Virus record (IMG/VR): IMGVR_UViG_3300042318_001133
Location: 15,562 to 79,561 of that record
DNA: 64,000 nucleotides
Source: a virus
Lineage: Duplodnaviria > Caudoviricetes
Direction: 5' to 3' (one strand)
Position 1 is the stretch's first letter. Every line of letters begins with the position of its first letter. The notes under the pieces were generated by a model, which saw only the letters and a program-made list of their open reading frames with translations, had not been told where the DNA came from and did not search any database. The position numbers and the translations under genes were made by a program. Shown piece by piece: positions 37,292 to 47,256 of this stretch.

Positions 37292-39115
37292 CTACTTTAC
37301 TACACCATTATTGTTTTTACCACCAAGCGCAGATTCAAAATCTAACAATCCTTTCGTAAAAGTACCCAGTGCACTAACTCCACTAAATAGACCGTTACTG
37401 AATGCCTCAGTTACCTTACCGAAATCTTCCATTTTATTTTCTAAATAGTCGTTAGCCATCTTACCTTTACGACCAAACCATTCATCTAAATCAGCAGTCT
37501 GTCTCTCCATCGTACCAGTATTTGCGTAAGCCTTCGCAGCAACGTCTATACCTGACCTACCTCCATCGCTTGGTAATTTTCCATGCTTAAAGTAATATCC
37601 TGCAATTTCATTGATTTGTTTTGGAGACATTCCAGGCATTATCGCTTGAGCTTCTAACATGAATCGATCCTTATTGTCTCCAGTAGCAGATTTGGCTCGT
37701 CCTAACAATCCAGACAATACTCTCGGATCTTGAATACCCTCATCTTGCATCATTTTCAAATCCCATAAAGATGCATTTGGATTCAATTGACGCATAACTG
37801 AATATTGCGTTGCCTGAGTGTATTGATTTGCAGGTGTTCGCGTTGCTGCGTCCATTGCACTTACCATATTGGCAATCGTAGATGGATCTTTGAAAGATGA
37901 AACGTTTGCAATGCCCGCAGCTAATCGCACATTGATTCCAGAATCAATCTTACCTAAGTGGGCAGATTGTTCTTGTGTCAATCTATTGTTAATCTCCAAC
38001 AATTCAGGTAACATAGACATATCTTCTCCAGGAAGAAGAGATGAAGAGAATGCACCCATAATACCTCGAATACGTTCTTCGTTATTGGAGTAAGTTGTAT
38101 CATTTCTTCCAGATCTTGCTGCTGCAGCTTGTGCTCCCATATCGAGACCTAAGCCTCGCTCAGCTTGAAGACCAAATAAAGCTTCTTGTTCGCTTGTTTT
38201 TGCCGTTCCTTGCGCTCGCACTAATGGAATGACGTATCCTTGCATAAACTCAGCTTGAGTCTTTCCGTAATTTTTTGATTTATTGTAGCCTATACCTTCC
38301 GTCCAATCTCCCGCCTCACTCATCGTTGGACCTAATGTTTGTCCAGATATGGCTGATAATGCACCAGTGGCGCGATCTAACTCTTCACCCTTTTGCATGA
38401 ATTTTTGAGCAAGCATCGAAACACCCTGCCCAACTAAAGGAATCATCGCAGCCAATGAAGCAAGCATGTAGATTTCATTATCTGATCCAGCAACCTGTGC
38501 AGTTCTATTGGCTATTTGTTCAACTTTTTGACCTCTCGATCTACGATAAGCATCATCTTCCTTCTTCGCAGTCTCATCTTCATCGCCCATCGCCTGACGT
38601 TGAACAGTTTGACGAAGCTCATCCATCTCATCGGCATTTTCAGCCAATCCACGTTGAGAGAGGTTTTCATTTGCATCTAATTGCGCCTCAACACCTTTGC
38701 GATCTTCTGAGATTTGTTGCTTTGCTGAAGATCGAACGGTATCGATCAATTCGCGCATCAAATCGAGTTGCATTTTATCCTCTTTCAACTCTAAAGAGAG
38801 TGCTTGAGCCTTTCCTGCAAATTCTTTCGTTACAGCCGCACGACCTTTATCGTCTTTAGCTTTCGACATCGCGACAGACTTCTCTTGTTGAAGTTGAAGT
38901 TGCTGCGCTGCCGCATAAGTCTTGTTGCGTTTCTCAATTGCTCGAATCTCTTCTTCGATATATTGAACAACTTCTTTTCCTGATGTAGAGTAATTTCTCG
39001 CTTGACGAATCAAGTCACGCGTAGTCGTTTCTGCAGATGCCCTAAGGCGTTGCATCATCGACTCTACTCCATTATCTACACCGGTAAAGGTGACTCTTTT
39101 ATTGCTATCTGCCAT
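37292..39115 (-). CDS. tape measure protein (607 aa)
   Basis: Helical/coiled-coil, Ala/Gln/Gly-rich; follows tube and two chaperone-sized genes. Confidence 0.75.
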   Translation of the reverse strand: MADSNKRVTFTGVDNGVESMMQRLRASAETTTRDLIRQARNYSTSGKEVVQYIEEEIRAIEKRNKTYAAAQQLQLQQEKSVAMSKAKDDKGRAAVTKEFAGKAQALSLELKEDKMQLDLMRELIDTVRSSAKQQISEDRKGVEAQLDANENLSQRGLAENADEMDELRQTVQRQAMGDEDETAKKEDDAYRRSRGQKVEQIANRTAQVAGSDNEIYMLASLAAMIPLVGQGVSMLAQKFMQKGEELDRATGALSAISGQTLGPTMSEAGDWTEGIGYNKSKNYGKTQAEFMQGYVIPLVRAQGTAKTSEQEALFGLQAERGLGLDMGAQAAAARSGRNDTTYSNNEERIRGIMGAFSSSLLPGEDMSMLPELLEINNRLTQEQSAHLGKIDSGINVRLAAGIANVSSFKDPSTIANMVSAMDAATRTPANQYTQATQYSVMRQLNPNASLWDLKMMQDEGIQDPRVLSGLLGRAKSATGDNKDRFMLEAQAIMPGMSPKQINEIAGYYFKHGKLPSDGGRSGIDVAAKAYANTGTMERQTADLDEWFGRKGKMANDYLENKMEDFGKVTEAFSNGLFSGVSALGTFTKGLLDFESALGGKNNNGVVK

Positions 39116-39116
39116 T

Positions 39117-39455
39117 TTAAATCATTATATCGCCATTATCCGCTCTTTGTACGTTTCCGATATCGAAATTATCAAATAAGTCATCAACTTCTCGATTACT
39201 CATCTTTAACGCTTTACGTTTTTTCAACCAATCACCATGTCCTGGTCGATATATCTGCTCTTCTCGCTTCTCTTTACGAAGCTCTGCATACATTAAATCT
39301 TCCTCAAATTCCAGCTTCATGTCGATGAAATTCATCGCTCGATGAGCCTCTGAATTGAATGAGACTTTGTATTTCTCACGCCACCATCGATCAATCGGAT
39401 ACGTTGAATTCCACCAATAAATGAAGCTCTTGACATTAACAAGAGCTGGTTTCAT
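39117..39455 (-). CDS. tail assembly chaperone 2
   Basis: Position just before TMP. Confidence 0.55.
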   Translation of the reverse strand: MKPALVNVKSFIYWWNSTYPIDRWWREKYKVSFNSEAHRAMNFIDMKLEFEEDLMYAELRKEKREEQIYRPGHGDWLKKRKALKMSNREVDDLFDNFDIGNVQRADNGDIMI

Positions 39456-39853
39456 TAATCTTCAGTTTCAGAGAAATCTTCCTCGATCGACTCATCGACA
39501 ACATCGTCTGACTTTTCAATCGTATTCAATACCTTTTGCCATGCAACCAACCAAGGAACGAATTGATCAACATAAGCTGCTAATAATTCTTTTGCATCAA
39601 GAAGATCCATTGCCAAGATTGAAGAGGCTTTTGCATCTTTCAAAAGCTCTGGACATAGAACTGTCAAATTCGCCGTCATATCGATTAAATCAAGCGCCTT
39701 TACGGACATGAAAGTACCCACTCTCATCATATCTTGATATGCATCTCCAGCTAACTTAGCTTTAGTTGATTCGATGTCAATAAATTGAGCTACGGTTGGA
39801 AAGTTTACTGGATAAGTGTTACCCTTTACTGTGAACGATAAATGTCTTTGCAT
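39455..39853 (-). CDS. tail assembly chaperone 1
   Basis: After tube gene; acidic C-terminus. Confidence 0.6.
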   Translation of the reverse strand: MQRHLSFTVKGNTYPVNFPTVAQFIDIESTKAKLAGDAYQDMMRVGTFMSVKALDLIDMTANLTVLCPELLKDAKASSILAMDLLDAKELLAAYVDQFVPWLVAWQKVLNTIEKSDDVVDESIEEDFSETED

Positions 39854-39888
39854 TTTTACAATTTTTTAATGAATTTATGAATACAGCA

Positions 39889-39919
39889 AAGGTACGGACA
39901 TTTGATAATGCCGTACCTT
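39889..39919. terminator. hairpin after tail tube gene
   Basis: AAGGTACGG-acatttgataatg-CCGTACCTT, 9-bp perfect stem. Confidence 0.55.
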
Positions 39920-39945
39920 CTTTTGCACAATAAAGATTTTTAATC

Positions 39946-40449
39946 TTATACAGTATATAAGATCGGACTCATGTAGGTGAAGTCTTGATCTTTTCCAGAA
40001 ATTTGACCCTCTGTAATATCAAACCCCTCTCTATCTACAAAAGCGCTATTGATTTTTGCAAACTCTTTCAATGTATCTGCCTTTACTAATCCAGTTGTAG
40101 CGTCAACTACAGGAATGCCTGCAGCGAATTGAGCAACTTTCTTATAGATAACAATATCTACTCCAGATTCCTCCAACAATACGTTATCGATATACTCTTG
40201 AGCGTTTGCAGTAACTCCTCTTGGATTTGCTCCAGGAATTCCCGATACCTTCATGTCAATCATATAGAATTGACAGTTTAATGTACCGTTCCATTCAAGT
40301 GCCGGTAACTCTTGTGGAGTCAAAGAACCTAAACCAGAAACACGTCCTCTTCGGATAGTTTCGGTAACACGAATATTCTTCATCTTACCAATCACCTGAG
40401 TACCCTTCATTATAACAGCCAAAGGTGCCGTCATTACTCTACTTGCCAT
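39946..40449 (-). CDS. tail tube protein
   Basis: IGKMKNIRVTE, GLGSLTPQEL; directly after sheath. Confidence 0.85.
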   Translation of the reverse strand: MASRVMTAPLAVIMKGTQVIGKMKNIRVTETIRRGRVSGLGSLTPQELPALEWNGTLNCQFYMIDMKVSGIPGANPRGVTANAQEYIDNVLLEESGVDIVIYKKVAQFAAGIPVVDATTGLVKADTLKEFAKINSAFVDREGFDITEGQISGKDQDFTYMSPILYTV

Positions 40450-40477
40450 ATCTTTTTATTTTAGAGATTCGTTAATA

Positions 40478-42448
40478 TTAATTTAAGATAAATCCAGTGA
40501 AGAATAACTTATTTACCGGTCCATTTGGAATAAATCCGTAACTGATAAAGATCGCATCTCCTTGCTCTGTTACAATAATGTCTTGGTGTCCTAAGATCAA
40601 GTTGTCTGTAGAAACATCTGCAGTACGACGATCTAAATAAGCACTCAACCAACTTGCAACAACAACAGCAGAAAGTGTATTTCTGTTCGGTCCATTTTCA
40701 GCTCCAAGTAATTGTTTTTTTGCATTGATTACAATCTCTTTATTCAACTGAGCCGCAATACGTTTAATTCCAATGTCGTGAGATGTTCCATCTTCATTGA
40801 CAAGGAATTCGTTTTGTTGTAGCGTATTGATCGATTGAACGATAACGAAGTTCGTTAATTCTGTATCGAAACGAGTAACTAACAATCCAGCCGCCAATGC
40901 AATATCAACGTCTTTTGAATTTAACTGATGTCTCTCGCCGTCAATTTTCAAATGTTTAAATGTACCTGGGATTTGTGGTTCAAGGCCGCAAATACGTCCT
41001 AACACACCTGCAGCTTTATAATTTGCAGCATATTTCTTAAATCCAGTTGGAGATAAAGTCGATGCAACTAAAGGTCCTCCATGAACTACAACTACTCTAT
41101 CGTTGTCCCAATACTTCGCAGCAGCAATTGATTGTGACGTGAAAGTATCTGCGTCATCTCCTCCAGCAATTACAAGAAACTTCTCATATCTCGCTTCAGT
41201 AACGATGTGAGATAGGATTGTTGCATTGTCTGCACTCATTGCAGAAGCACCTCCTTGATCGGATAAAATAAACGTAAAATCTAAATCTGCAATGTTATCT
41301 AAAACAGTTTGAAGATGAGTAGAGTTGTACGTTTCTGTACCTCCGAAAGCTTTATTGTTTCCTGCATTTGCAGTTAAATCTGCTGTAGTAACAACTCCAG
41401 TTCCGGTAGTTGTTGTTGTTTTCACTTTGAAGAATTGACCTAAAGTAGCGTTTGCATTTAACCACACAAACAAATCTGCTACATTTGCAAACTCAGGTGA
41501 TTTTGCCAACAATACTGGAGCAGAATTAACTGCAGAAACACCAGAGTAAGGATCTGAATCTGAATCTAATCCAGTGAAACCTCCTACCCAAAACTTCAAT
41601 ACGAATTTAGCTGTGTCGACAGTTCCTGCCTCCATCGTTGCTCCAAATCCTTGCGTCAATAAAGTACCATCTACTCCTCCAGCAAATGAAGCTAATCCAG
41701 ACGTCGTAGACGTTCCTGTGATTGCGACAGTTAATGGCATTGTATTCCAATCACTACATCCCTCAAGTGCTTGAGGATTACGAGCTGTAACTGTAACTAA
41801 ACCTGCAACACTTGATGCTGCATATTTATGTGATTCAGCATTGATTGCTGTAGCAAGAGCTGCTGCAACCGTAGTTGGCGTATCTATTCCAGTCACTGTA
41901 CGAGAACCTAAAGTAATCAATCCAGCACCTTCATTAACCTTTACTGCAAAAATATCTCCAGTAACAACAGTAGCGACTGTAAAACTTCCTACAGCTTTTG
42001 TAGCGTTACCTTCAATACCGTTTCCAACCAAACCTTCATCTTTTACTTGAAGAGTGAATGCACCTCCAGCAGATCCTCCTCCAGTAAATGTATAACTTAA
42101 TTCAGCAGGAACCGTTGCTGCAGCTTTCACCACATAAGCTCTACTGATTCCGTTGATACCACTACCTGCAGGGCGGAATAGAGGTTCAGCTAATCTCCAC
42201 CAAAGTCCACCTTTGACGCGACTTCTGAAGTCATTAATATTATCAAATGCATAGACTGCATCTTTTGCAGAAGCTAAAGTTCCTGCAATACCAGCACCTG
42301 ATCCAAAGCCAGCACCTGATCCCGTATCTATGATAAGAACATTACCATAAGAAAGAGCCAGTGCAGGATTTTGAATTCCTGATAGTGTTTGCGCATAAGT
42401 TCCAGGCTGTTTGATAACTTTACCGCCAAAAATAAACTGAGTTGACAT
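40478..42448 (-). CDS. contractile tail sheath protein
   Basis: IKQPGTYA N-terminus, GRICGL..Q.P.TFK, IVQSINT, C-terminal YGFIPNGPVNKLFFT. Confidence 0.92.
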   Translation of the reverse strand: MSTQFIFGGKVIKQPGTYAQTLSGIQNPALALSYGNVLIIDTGSGAGFGSGAGIAGTLASAKDAVYAFDNINDFRSRVKGGLWWRLAEPLFRPAGSGINGISRAYVVKAAATVPAELSYTFTGGGSAGGAFTLQVKDEGLVGNGIEGNATKAVGSFTVATVVTGDIFAVKVNEGAGLITLGSRTVTGIDTPTTVAAALATAINAESHKYAASSVAGLVTVTARNPQALEGCSDWNTMPLTVAITGTSTTSGLASFAGGVDGTLLTQGFGATMEAGTVDTAKFVLKFWVGGFTGLDSDSDPYSGVSAVNSAPVLLAKSPEFANVADLFVWLNANATLGQFFKVKTTTTTGTGVVTTADLTANAGNNKAFGGTETYNSTHLQTVLDNIADLDFTFILSDQGGASAMSADNATILSHIVTEARYEKFLVIAGGDDADTFTSQSIAAAKYWDNDRVVVVHGGPLVASTLSPTGFKKYAANYKAAGVLGRICGLEPQIPGTFKHLKIDGERHQLNSKDVDIALAAGLLVTRFDTELTNFVIVQSINTLQQNEFLVNEDGTSHDIGIKRIAAQLNKEIVINAKKQLLGAENGPNRNTLSAVVVASWLSAYLDRRTADVSTDNLILGHQDIIVTEQGDAIFISYGFIPNGPVNKLFFTGFILN

Positions 42449-42496
42449 GCTTTATTGGGTTTTTGTGAAAATACGTATTAAAAACAATAGTGTAAA

Positions 42497-42733
42497 TTAC
42501 ACCAAAAATTTTGAGTCCTCCTCAAGCAATCCTTCTTCTTTAAAAAGTAGTGCCCAAGATTTAATCGTCTCTACTCTCATTCCATACTTTTTTTGTAGGT
42601 GTAAATCGTAGCGAGAATTCAATCCAAAAGTCTTGCCCGCTTGAGCTGCACTTACACTCTTCTCTCTAACTGGAAGAGTATTGATTACGTCATTAGATCC
42701 ATCTAATGAAGGTTGAGTCATTCTTTTTGCCAT
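42497..42733 (-). CDS. hypothetical protein (78 aa)
   Basis: Small ORF before sheath. Confidence 0.5.
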   Translation of the reverse strand: MAKRMTQPSLDGSNDVINTLPVREKSVSAAQAGKTFGLNSRYDLHLQKKYGMRVETIKSWALLFKEEGLLEEDSKFLV

Positions 42734-42735
42734 AT

Positions 42736-43407
42736 TTATATTTGTGTTGGTGTAACTATTCCCATGTTGATTGAGTTGAATATCTGTTGATCGTAAAAGC
42801 TTGGAGCTACTACTTCGTATTGAAATCTTAAACCTAAAGATCTTGTGAATAGGTTTTGAGGTACTATCGAAGAGTCGAGCCTTAAATCTTGCCCACTCAA
42901 TTTCATATTTCGCAGACCTGCGAATTCGAACTGAGCAAGTAGCCCAATAATCATTCCTCTCAGTACCGTATACATCAATTGCACTTCCAGCGTATTGTCT
43001 GAAGTAATTATCAATTGATATTGAGTTTCAAACATTCTTGTAAATTGCGGACGGAGCTGTCCTTGAATCGAATCGACCAAATTGTCTTCATATCCTTCAT
43101 CTATTCCAATACCATCTGCACTGGCCATTTCTGAGGGTAGTGTGATGTGAATTGTAGGTATTGTCATTCTTTCTGAATTGAAGAACATTTCTGTACCCAT
43201 CTTGCGAGGATGATCATCTTCTCTCAAGAATAAATCTTTTGCTTGTTGAAACCAATTCCACTTACCCTTAATTACCGGTAGATCACCAAAATACGAATAC
43301 AGTATAGTTTGTCTTTCGTCGGGATATGACTTAAAGTCTACGCGAATTGCCTCCAGAGTACTCTCTATGAGGTTGAATAATACTATTTCCGGTACAAGAA
43401 TTCCCAT
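42736..43407 (-). CDS. tail terminator/neck protein
   Basis: IPTIHITLPSE, YQLIITSDN; position before sheath. Confidence 0.65.
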   Translation of the reverse strand: MGILVPEIVLFNLIESTLEAIRVDFKSYPDERQTILYSYFGDLPVIKGKWNWFQQAKDLFLREDDHPRKMGTEMFFNSERMTIPTIHITLPSEMASADGIGIDEGYEDNLVDSIQGQLRPQFTRMFETQYQLIITSDNTLEVQLMYTVLRGMIIGLLAQFEFAGLRNMKLSGQDLRLDSSIVPQNLFTRSLGLRFQYEVVAPSFYDQQIFNSINMGIVTPTQI

Positions 43408-43409
43408 AA

Positions 43410-44210
43410 TTAAAAACCTAAAGATTGTAAAAATTTATCAACAGACCTATCTACTTCGACAGGAATATTGGTCATAGCCAATGCTCGCTCTGCAAGATTT
43501 CTTGCTTGTAGTCCTTTATTGATCCACGAATTTGCATCTGAATTACTACTTACACGTCTAAACGTAACATACTGTCCTTGTGTGGCGCTTTGATATGTTT
43601 TAGAGCCCTTTCTCAGTCCCTCATAAATACTGTGTTTGTGTTTATATTCTTCAAACACCTTATCTTGAGCTTGAATCATTGCTCGCGACTTTGGAATTTG
43701 ATAGTCGGAAGGAATTTCACTTGCAGAAAGACCTCTTCCTTGTTGTGTAGTTCCTCCTAATGCAGTTTGTTGTGTTTGCTTTGATTTAACCGCTGCATAA
43801 ACAGTTTGTGGCATAACAGAAGAGAATGCTTCACTTTCACCGAGAGATCCTGGCGTTGCCATTCTAAACGGTACAGTCAAGTACCAACCCCCTCCTTTAG
43901 AACTTTTCCTCTTTGAACTTTGAGAGAATCCTACTTTCATGTCAAATGGAGCTGCTCCAGATTCGATCATGTTGGGTAGTTGATTAACTAACATTACGTA
44001 GCCAGTAAATGGCCCCTGCTCTCCTACTACAATGCTGGAACGGTAAATTTGTCGAGTGCTTCCGAGAGATTGTTTTGCTACACTATCCCAGTTGCGGGCA
44101 AATGTAGCTGTTAAGCTTTTTATAGTTGAGGATACCATTGCATTGACGTCTTCTCTCGTAAGATTGAACTCCGCAGCAACATCTCTTGTATCTATAAGAA
44201 CAGGTATCAT
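43410..44210 (-). CDS. neck/tail completion protein
   Basis: LPNMIESGAAPFDMKVG, WYLTVPFR, YVTFRRVS, WINKG pattern of SPO1/Twort-like neck proteins. Confidence 0.7.
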   Translation of the reverse strand: MIPVLIDTRDVAAEFNLTREDVNAMVSSTIKSLTATFARNWDSVAKQSLGSTRQIYRSSIVVGEQGPFTGYVMLVNQLPNMIESGAAPFDMKVGFSQSSKRKSSKGGGWYLTVPFRMATPGSLGESEAFSSVMPQTVYAAVKSKQTQQTALGGTTQQGRGLSASEIPSDYQIPKSRAMIQAQDKVFEEYKHKHSIYEGLRKGSKTYQSATQGQYVTFRRVSSNSDANSWINKGLQARNLAERALAMTNIPVEVDRSVDKFLQSLGF

Positions 44211-44582
44211 CTACTTTTGATTAGATCGCATCTGCTCAATTCCTCGCTTTATGTTGCTATTAATTATATGATCAGCTACCTTCGACCTTAACTCTTTCAC
44301 TCCCAAATCCTCATGGTTTGATATTCCCAATTTAGATGCCGCCATATGCAACTCTTCCTTGTTCATATCACTATAATGTTTTCCTGCAACCGTTTCTGGC
44401 TTTGATGAAGATTTTCCTTCAGTAACTGGAACCCATTTACCGTCAGCGACTTTCTTGTAGTCACGACCTCCCCAAGATTTAATGGCACCTACCATCTCTT
44501 TTTTCCCCTTCTCAAAGGAACCTAAAATTTGTGAATTTACAATCTCACGTCTACGTGCTACTTCTTGTATTACTTCTTTCAT
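44211..44582 (-). CDS. putative capsid-internal protein (leader + GG-Y-K-GKW module + HeH-like motif)
   Basis: LGSFEKG...GAIKSWGGRDYKKVADGKWVPVTEGK, nearly identical to a segment of 57790..59013. Confidence 0.6.
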   Translation of the reverse strand: MKEVIQEVARRREIVNSQILGSFEKGKKEMVGAIKSWGGRDYKKVADGKWVPVTEGKSSSKPETVAGKHYSDMNKEELHMAASKLGISNHEDLGVKELRSKVADHIINSNIKRGIEQMRSNQK

Positions 44583-44583
44583 A

Positions 44584-45381
44584 TCAACAAGGATCTAAAT
44601 AACTATTATCAAATAAATAATCACCAACATAATTCTGTGCATCCAGTACGTAGTGTGCTCTTCTTGCAACTGCAGAGACTGGCATTTGTTGATCTTCTGG
44701 AACTCCAGCATTGTTAAGTATTGGAGCAACCATCGTATCTCGCGGCAAGTCAATGACGTGATACATTGGAGAATGTATGTAACGTAAAGATACGCAAACA
44801 TTTGGATATGTATCGTATTTGGACGTTAAAATAATTGCATTGTTGCGTATTGAATAATCCTCTCCCTCGATCAGTCTCGTCAATTTACTGTTGGCTGATG
44901 CGAACATGAAAATGTCTTCAATTTCAACAATATCGTATGTCACGTACCCAATATGAACTCCTTTGAATACTTTTAAATATATCGTTTCACTGAAAGCAGA
45001 TCTTGCATCTATTACAGTCACTCGATCCATGTAACCTAACTTATCTACGTCTCGTGCTGTTAGATTTACGGTACCTAAAGTTAATTCTGACCAATCTTTA
45101 TATTGAGTTGAGAGATTCATTGATCGTAAAATCATTCTACTCTCAATTCGATTATAAAATACCCAACCAGAACCTCCACAATTTTGACAGTTAGATAAAT
45201 GATCAATCGTCTCTACCTTACAAGGACACTTAATTGCCTTATCGTGATAGACGCGATATCCTTTCATTTCAATAATCGCGTCGAAATTGCTTTTAATGAA
45301 ATTAACCTGACCCTGTCCTCCTAAATTGGGAATGGTCTGTCTGACTATATTTTGAGGACCACTTTTACCGTCTGCGCTCAT
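44584..45381 (-). CDS. head-tail connector/neck protein
   Basis: AIKCPC...CQNCGGSGW, GYMDRVTV, VIDLPR pattern. Confidence 0.7.
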   Translation of the reverse strand: MSADGKSGPQNIVRQTIPNLGGQGQVNFIKSNFDAIIEMKGYRVYHDKAIKCPCKVETIDHLSNCQNCGGSGWVFYNRIESRMILRSMNLSTQYKDWSELTLGTVNLTARDVDKLGYMDRVTVIDARSAFSETIYLKVFKGVHIGYVTYDIVEIEDIFMFASANSKLTRLIEGEDYSIRNNAIILTSKYDTYPNVCVSLRYIHSPMYHVIDLPRDTMVAPILNNAGVPEDQQMPVSAVARRAHYVLDAQNYVGDYLFDNSYLDPC

Positions 45382-45875
45382 TATGATTGAATATGTAACA
45401 TTTCACAAAGACGTTTCTTTAGATTTAAGATAAACGACTCTGCAGGTTCTTTGACGATGTCATTGTGAGACATCCAAACATATTGATAGTGCTCATCTTC
45501 ATCCAGTATAATAATTGGATCTTTTTCTGAACAAAAACTTAAAAAATAATTACATGGCCCAATCTTAGATGTTGCAACAATCATTTCACCCTCAATATCG
45601 AGACCAGTCTCTTCCAACATTTCTCGAATGGCAGCAAATTTTGGAGTTTCTCCTGGATCAATTTTTCCTCCAGGTAAGCATAATTTGTTCGGCTCGAAAG
45701 AGTCTTCTTTTGATCTGCGCAACATTAACACGCCCATGTGATGCATATAAATCACATCAGCATATTGTTGCTCTTCGACGGCTTTCTCTATAATTGTAGG
45801 ATTGTAAAAAGACTTTTCAATGTTCGATCCTTTAAATGCAGAGATACTGATTGTTAAATTACTTGTTTCTTCCAT
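45381..45875 (-). CDS. NUDIX hydrolase
   Basis: Nudix box GGKIDPGETPKFAAIREMLEETGL; N-terminal IEKS and IEKA motifs. Confidence 0.92.
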   Translation of the reverse strand: MEETSNLTISISAFKGSNIEKSFYNPTIIEKAVEEQQYADVIYMHHMGVLMLRRSKEDSFEPNKLCLPGGKIDPGETPKFAAIREMLEETGLDIEGEMIVATSKIGPCNYFLSFCSEKDPIIILDEDEHYQYVWMSHNDIVKEPAESFILNLKKRLCEMLHIQS

Positions 45876-45886
45876 TTTAAGAGTAT

Positions 45887-46660
45887 TTACAGAGATGTCA
45901 TGTTAAATCCATCATATTTTGCTTTTAATCGCGGGATATTAGTTTTTAGATCGGTTAAATAACCTACAATCCTTGAACCGTATCCCGAGTTAGTAGCAGA
46001 AGATGTTGATGAGATAGATTGAGATAGGCCATCGATACCAATCGACTGTGAAGCGATACCTGCTCCAAGAATAATATCTCCCATTACGTGAAATAGATTA
46101 ATGGAAGCCATCTTACCTACAGCGTTTAGAATATCGCTTGGCGTTTTAGAAAAACCTGTATAGTATGTAGCTTTCCAATAATTAGGAATATGGGCAGCGC
46201 CAAAATAGCCCGATACCGGCATCACTCCCGAATATTGTGCTGCAGTTGCGCCCGAAGGTACTGTATAGAGGTTTCTAAAATACGAAGTATTGTCATTTGT
46301 TTTTCTTGCCGAAAGCCACTCTACCGGATAAACAACCTGCTCTACGTTATTAATGTTTCCAGTTAATGCAATTGCACTGACTACTGGATATGAACAGCGA
46401 ATAAAGCCCCAATCACTATAATCTTGGCGATTGAAATCATGTCTCTCTTCGATAATTTGAGGAGTAAGTTTTAAGTTCAGATACCCCTCTATTTCTTCTT
46501 GAGCATATCGGATCCATGACTTTAAGACGTGCTCTGGAAATTGTTTTCCGTCAGCAGACTTCAAGGGAATTCCAAAGAAATAAAATTCAATTAATTCAGA
46601 GGGACTCATGATAAGTCCCTCGTTTTTTGCAATTCTTATTTTAAAACTTTGTGACGGCAT
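45887..46660 (-). CDS. head-tail adaptor/head completion protein
   Basis: AQEEIEGYLNL, YYTGFSKTPSDI, SQSIGIDGLSQSIS. Confidence 0.7.
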   Translation of the reverse strand: MPSQSFKIRIAKNEGLIMSPSELIEFYFFGIPLKSADGKQFPEHVLKSWIRYAQEEIEGYLNLKLTPQIIEERHDFNRQDYSDWGFIRCSYPVVSAIALTGNINNVEQVVYPVEWLSARKTNDNTSYFRNLYTVPSGATAAQYSGVMPVSGYFGAAHIPNYWKATYYTGFSKTPSDILNAVGKMASINLFHVMGDIILGAGIASQSIGIDGLSQSISSTSSATNSGYGSRIVGYLTDLKTNIPRLKAKYDGFNMTSL

Positions 46661-46670
46661 TTTGTTTTAA

Positions 46671-47159
46671 TTAGATTTTTGTTTTCAAATATGCTACCAA
46701 GTCATCTTTTTTCAAAGATTTCCACTCAGACGAAGGCAATTCAGCTTCTTTTGCTGTTTCTTTCAATGCAGCTAAAGTTAAATCACTCAAATCTACATCA
46801 TCAATTGTATCATCTTCAACAGAAGTAGCCTCAACGACCTCTCCAGTTACGATGTTTACTTTTTCCGGATTCTCTTCAATAGTGCCACCATTTGCCGCAT
46901 CTAATTCTGCAGTAAACGAATCAACGTGAGAATTATCAACCTCTTCAGTCACCTCTTCTTTGATTGTAGCTACTTCAATAATTTCTTTCGGCATACCTTC
47001 ATAAGATAAAGACGAATCTTGAGCAATTAACGTTTCAAGATCTGCCGTATCAACGATAGCCTCTAAATTCTCATCAAACTTTACAATGATCTCTCCAATG
47101 ATACATGATTGACCACCTCTATGAGACTTGCTTGTCGTAATTTTCGTTGTTTCTGACAT
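46671..47159 (-). CDS. acidic protein with C-terminal Rho-N/HeH-like motif
   Basis: DLSDLTLAALKETAKEAELPSSEWKSLKKDDLVAYL; directly after MCP. Confidence 0.55.
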   Translation of the reverse strand: MSETTKITTSKSHRGGQSCIIGEIIVKFDENLEAIVDTADLETLIAQDSSLSYEGMPKEIIEVATIKEEVTEEVDNSHVDSFTAELDAANGGTIEENPEKVNIVTGEVVEATSVEDDTIDDVDLSDLTLAALKETAKEAELPSSEWKSLKKDDLVAYLKTKI

Positions 47160-47184
47160 AATACAATTTTAAATAAATTTTCGA

Positions 47185-47215
47185 TAAATATACCAATAAA
47201 AAAAAGGAGTCACAA
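47185..47215 (-). promoter_or_regulatory. promoter TTG-N20-TATATTTA without operator box
   Basis: GTATATTTATCGAAAA identical to site E; overlaps the MCP terminator. Confidence 0.5.
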
Positions 47216-47231
47216 TTAAGTGACCCCTTTT
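47198..47231 (-). terminator. intrinsic terminator after major capsid gene
   Basis: Minus strand GGGGTCAC-ttaatt-GTGACTCC followed by a T run. Confidence 0.8.
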
Positions 47232-47256
47232 CTTATTTTCAGATTTCTTATAGCGA

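Noticed and set aside
39117-39853. Programmed frameshift between the two tail chaperone genes
   Set aside because: No slippery heptamer seen near the first stop; the second gene has its own ATG overlapping the stop (TAATG)
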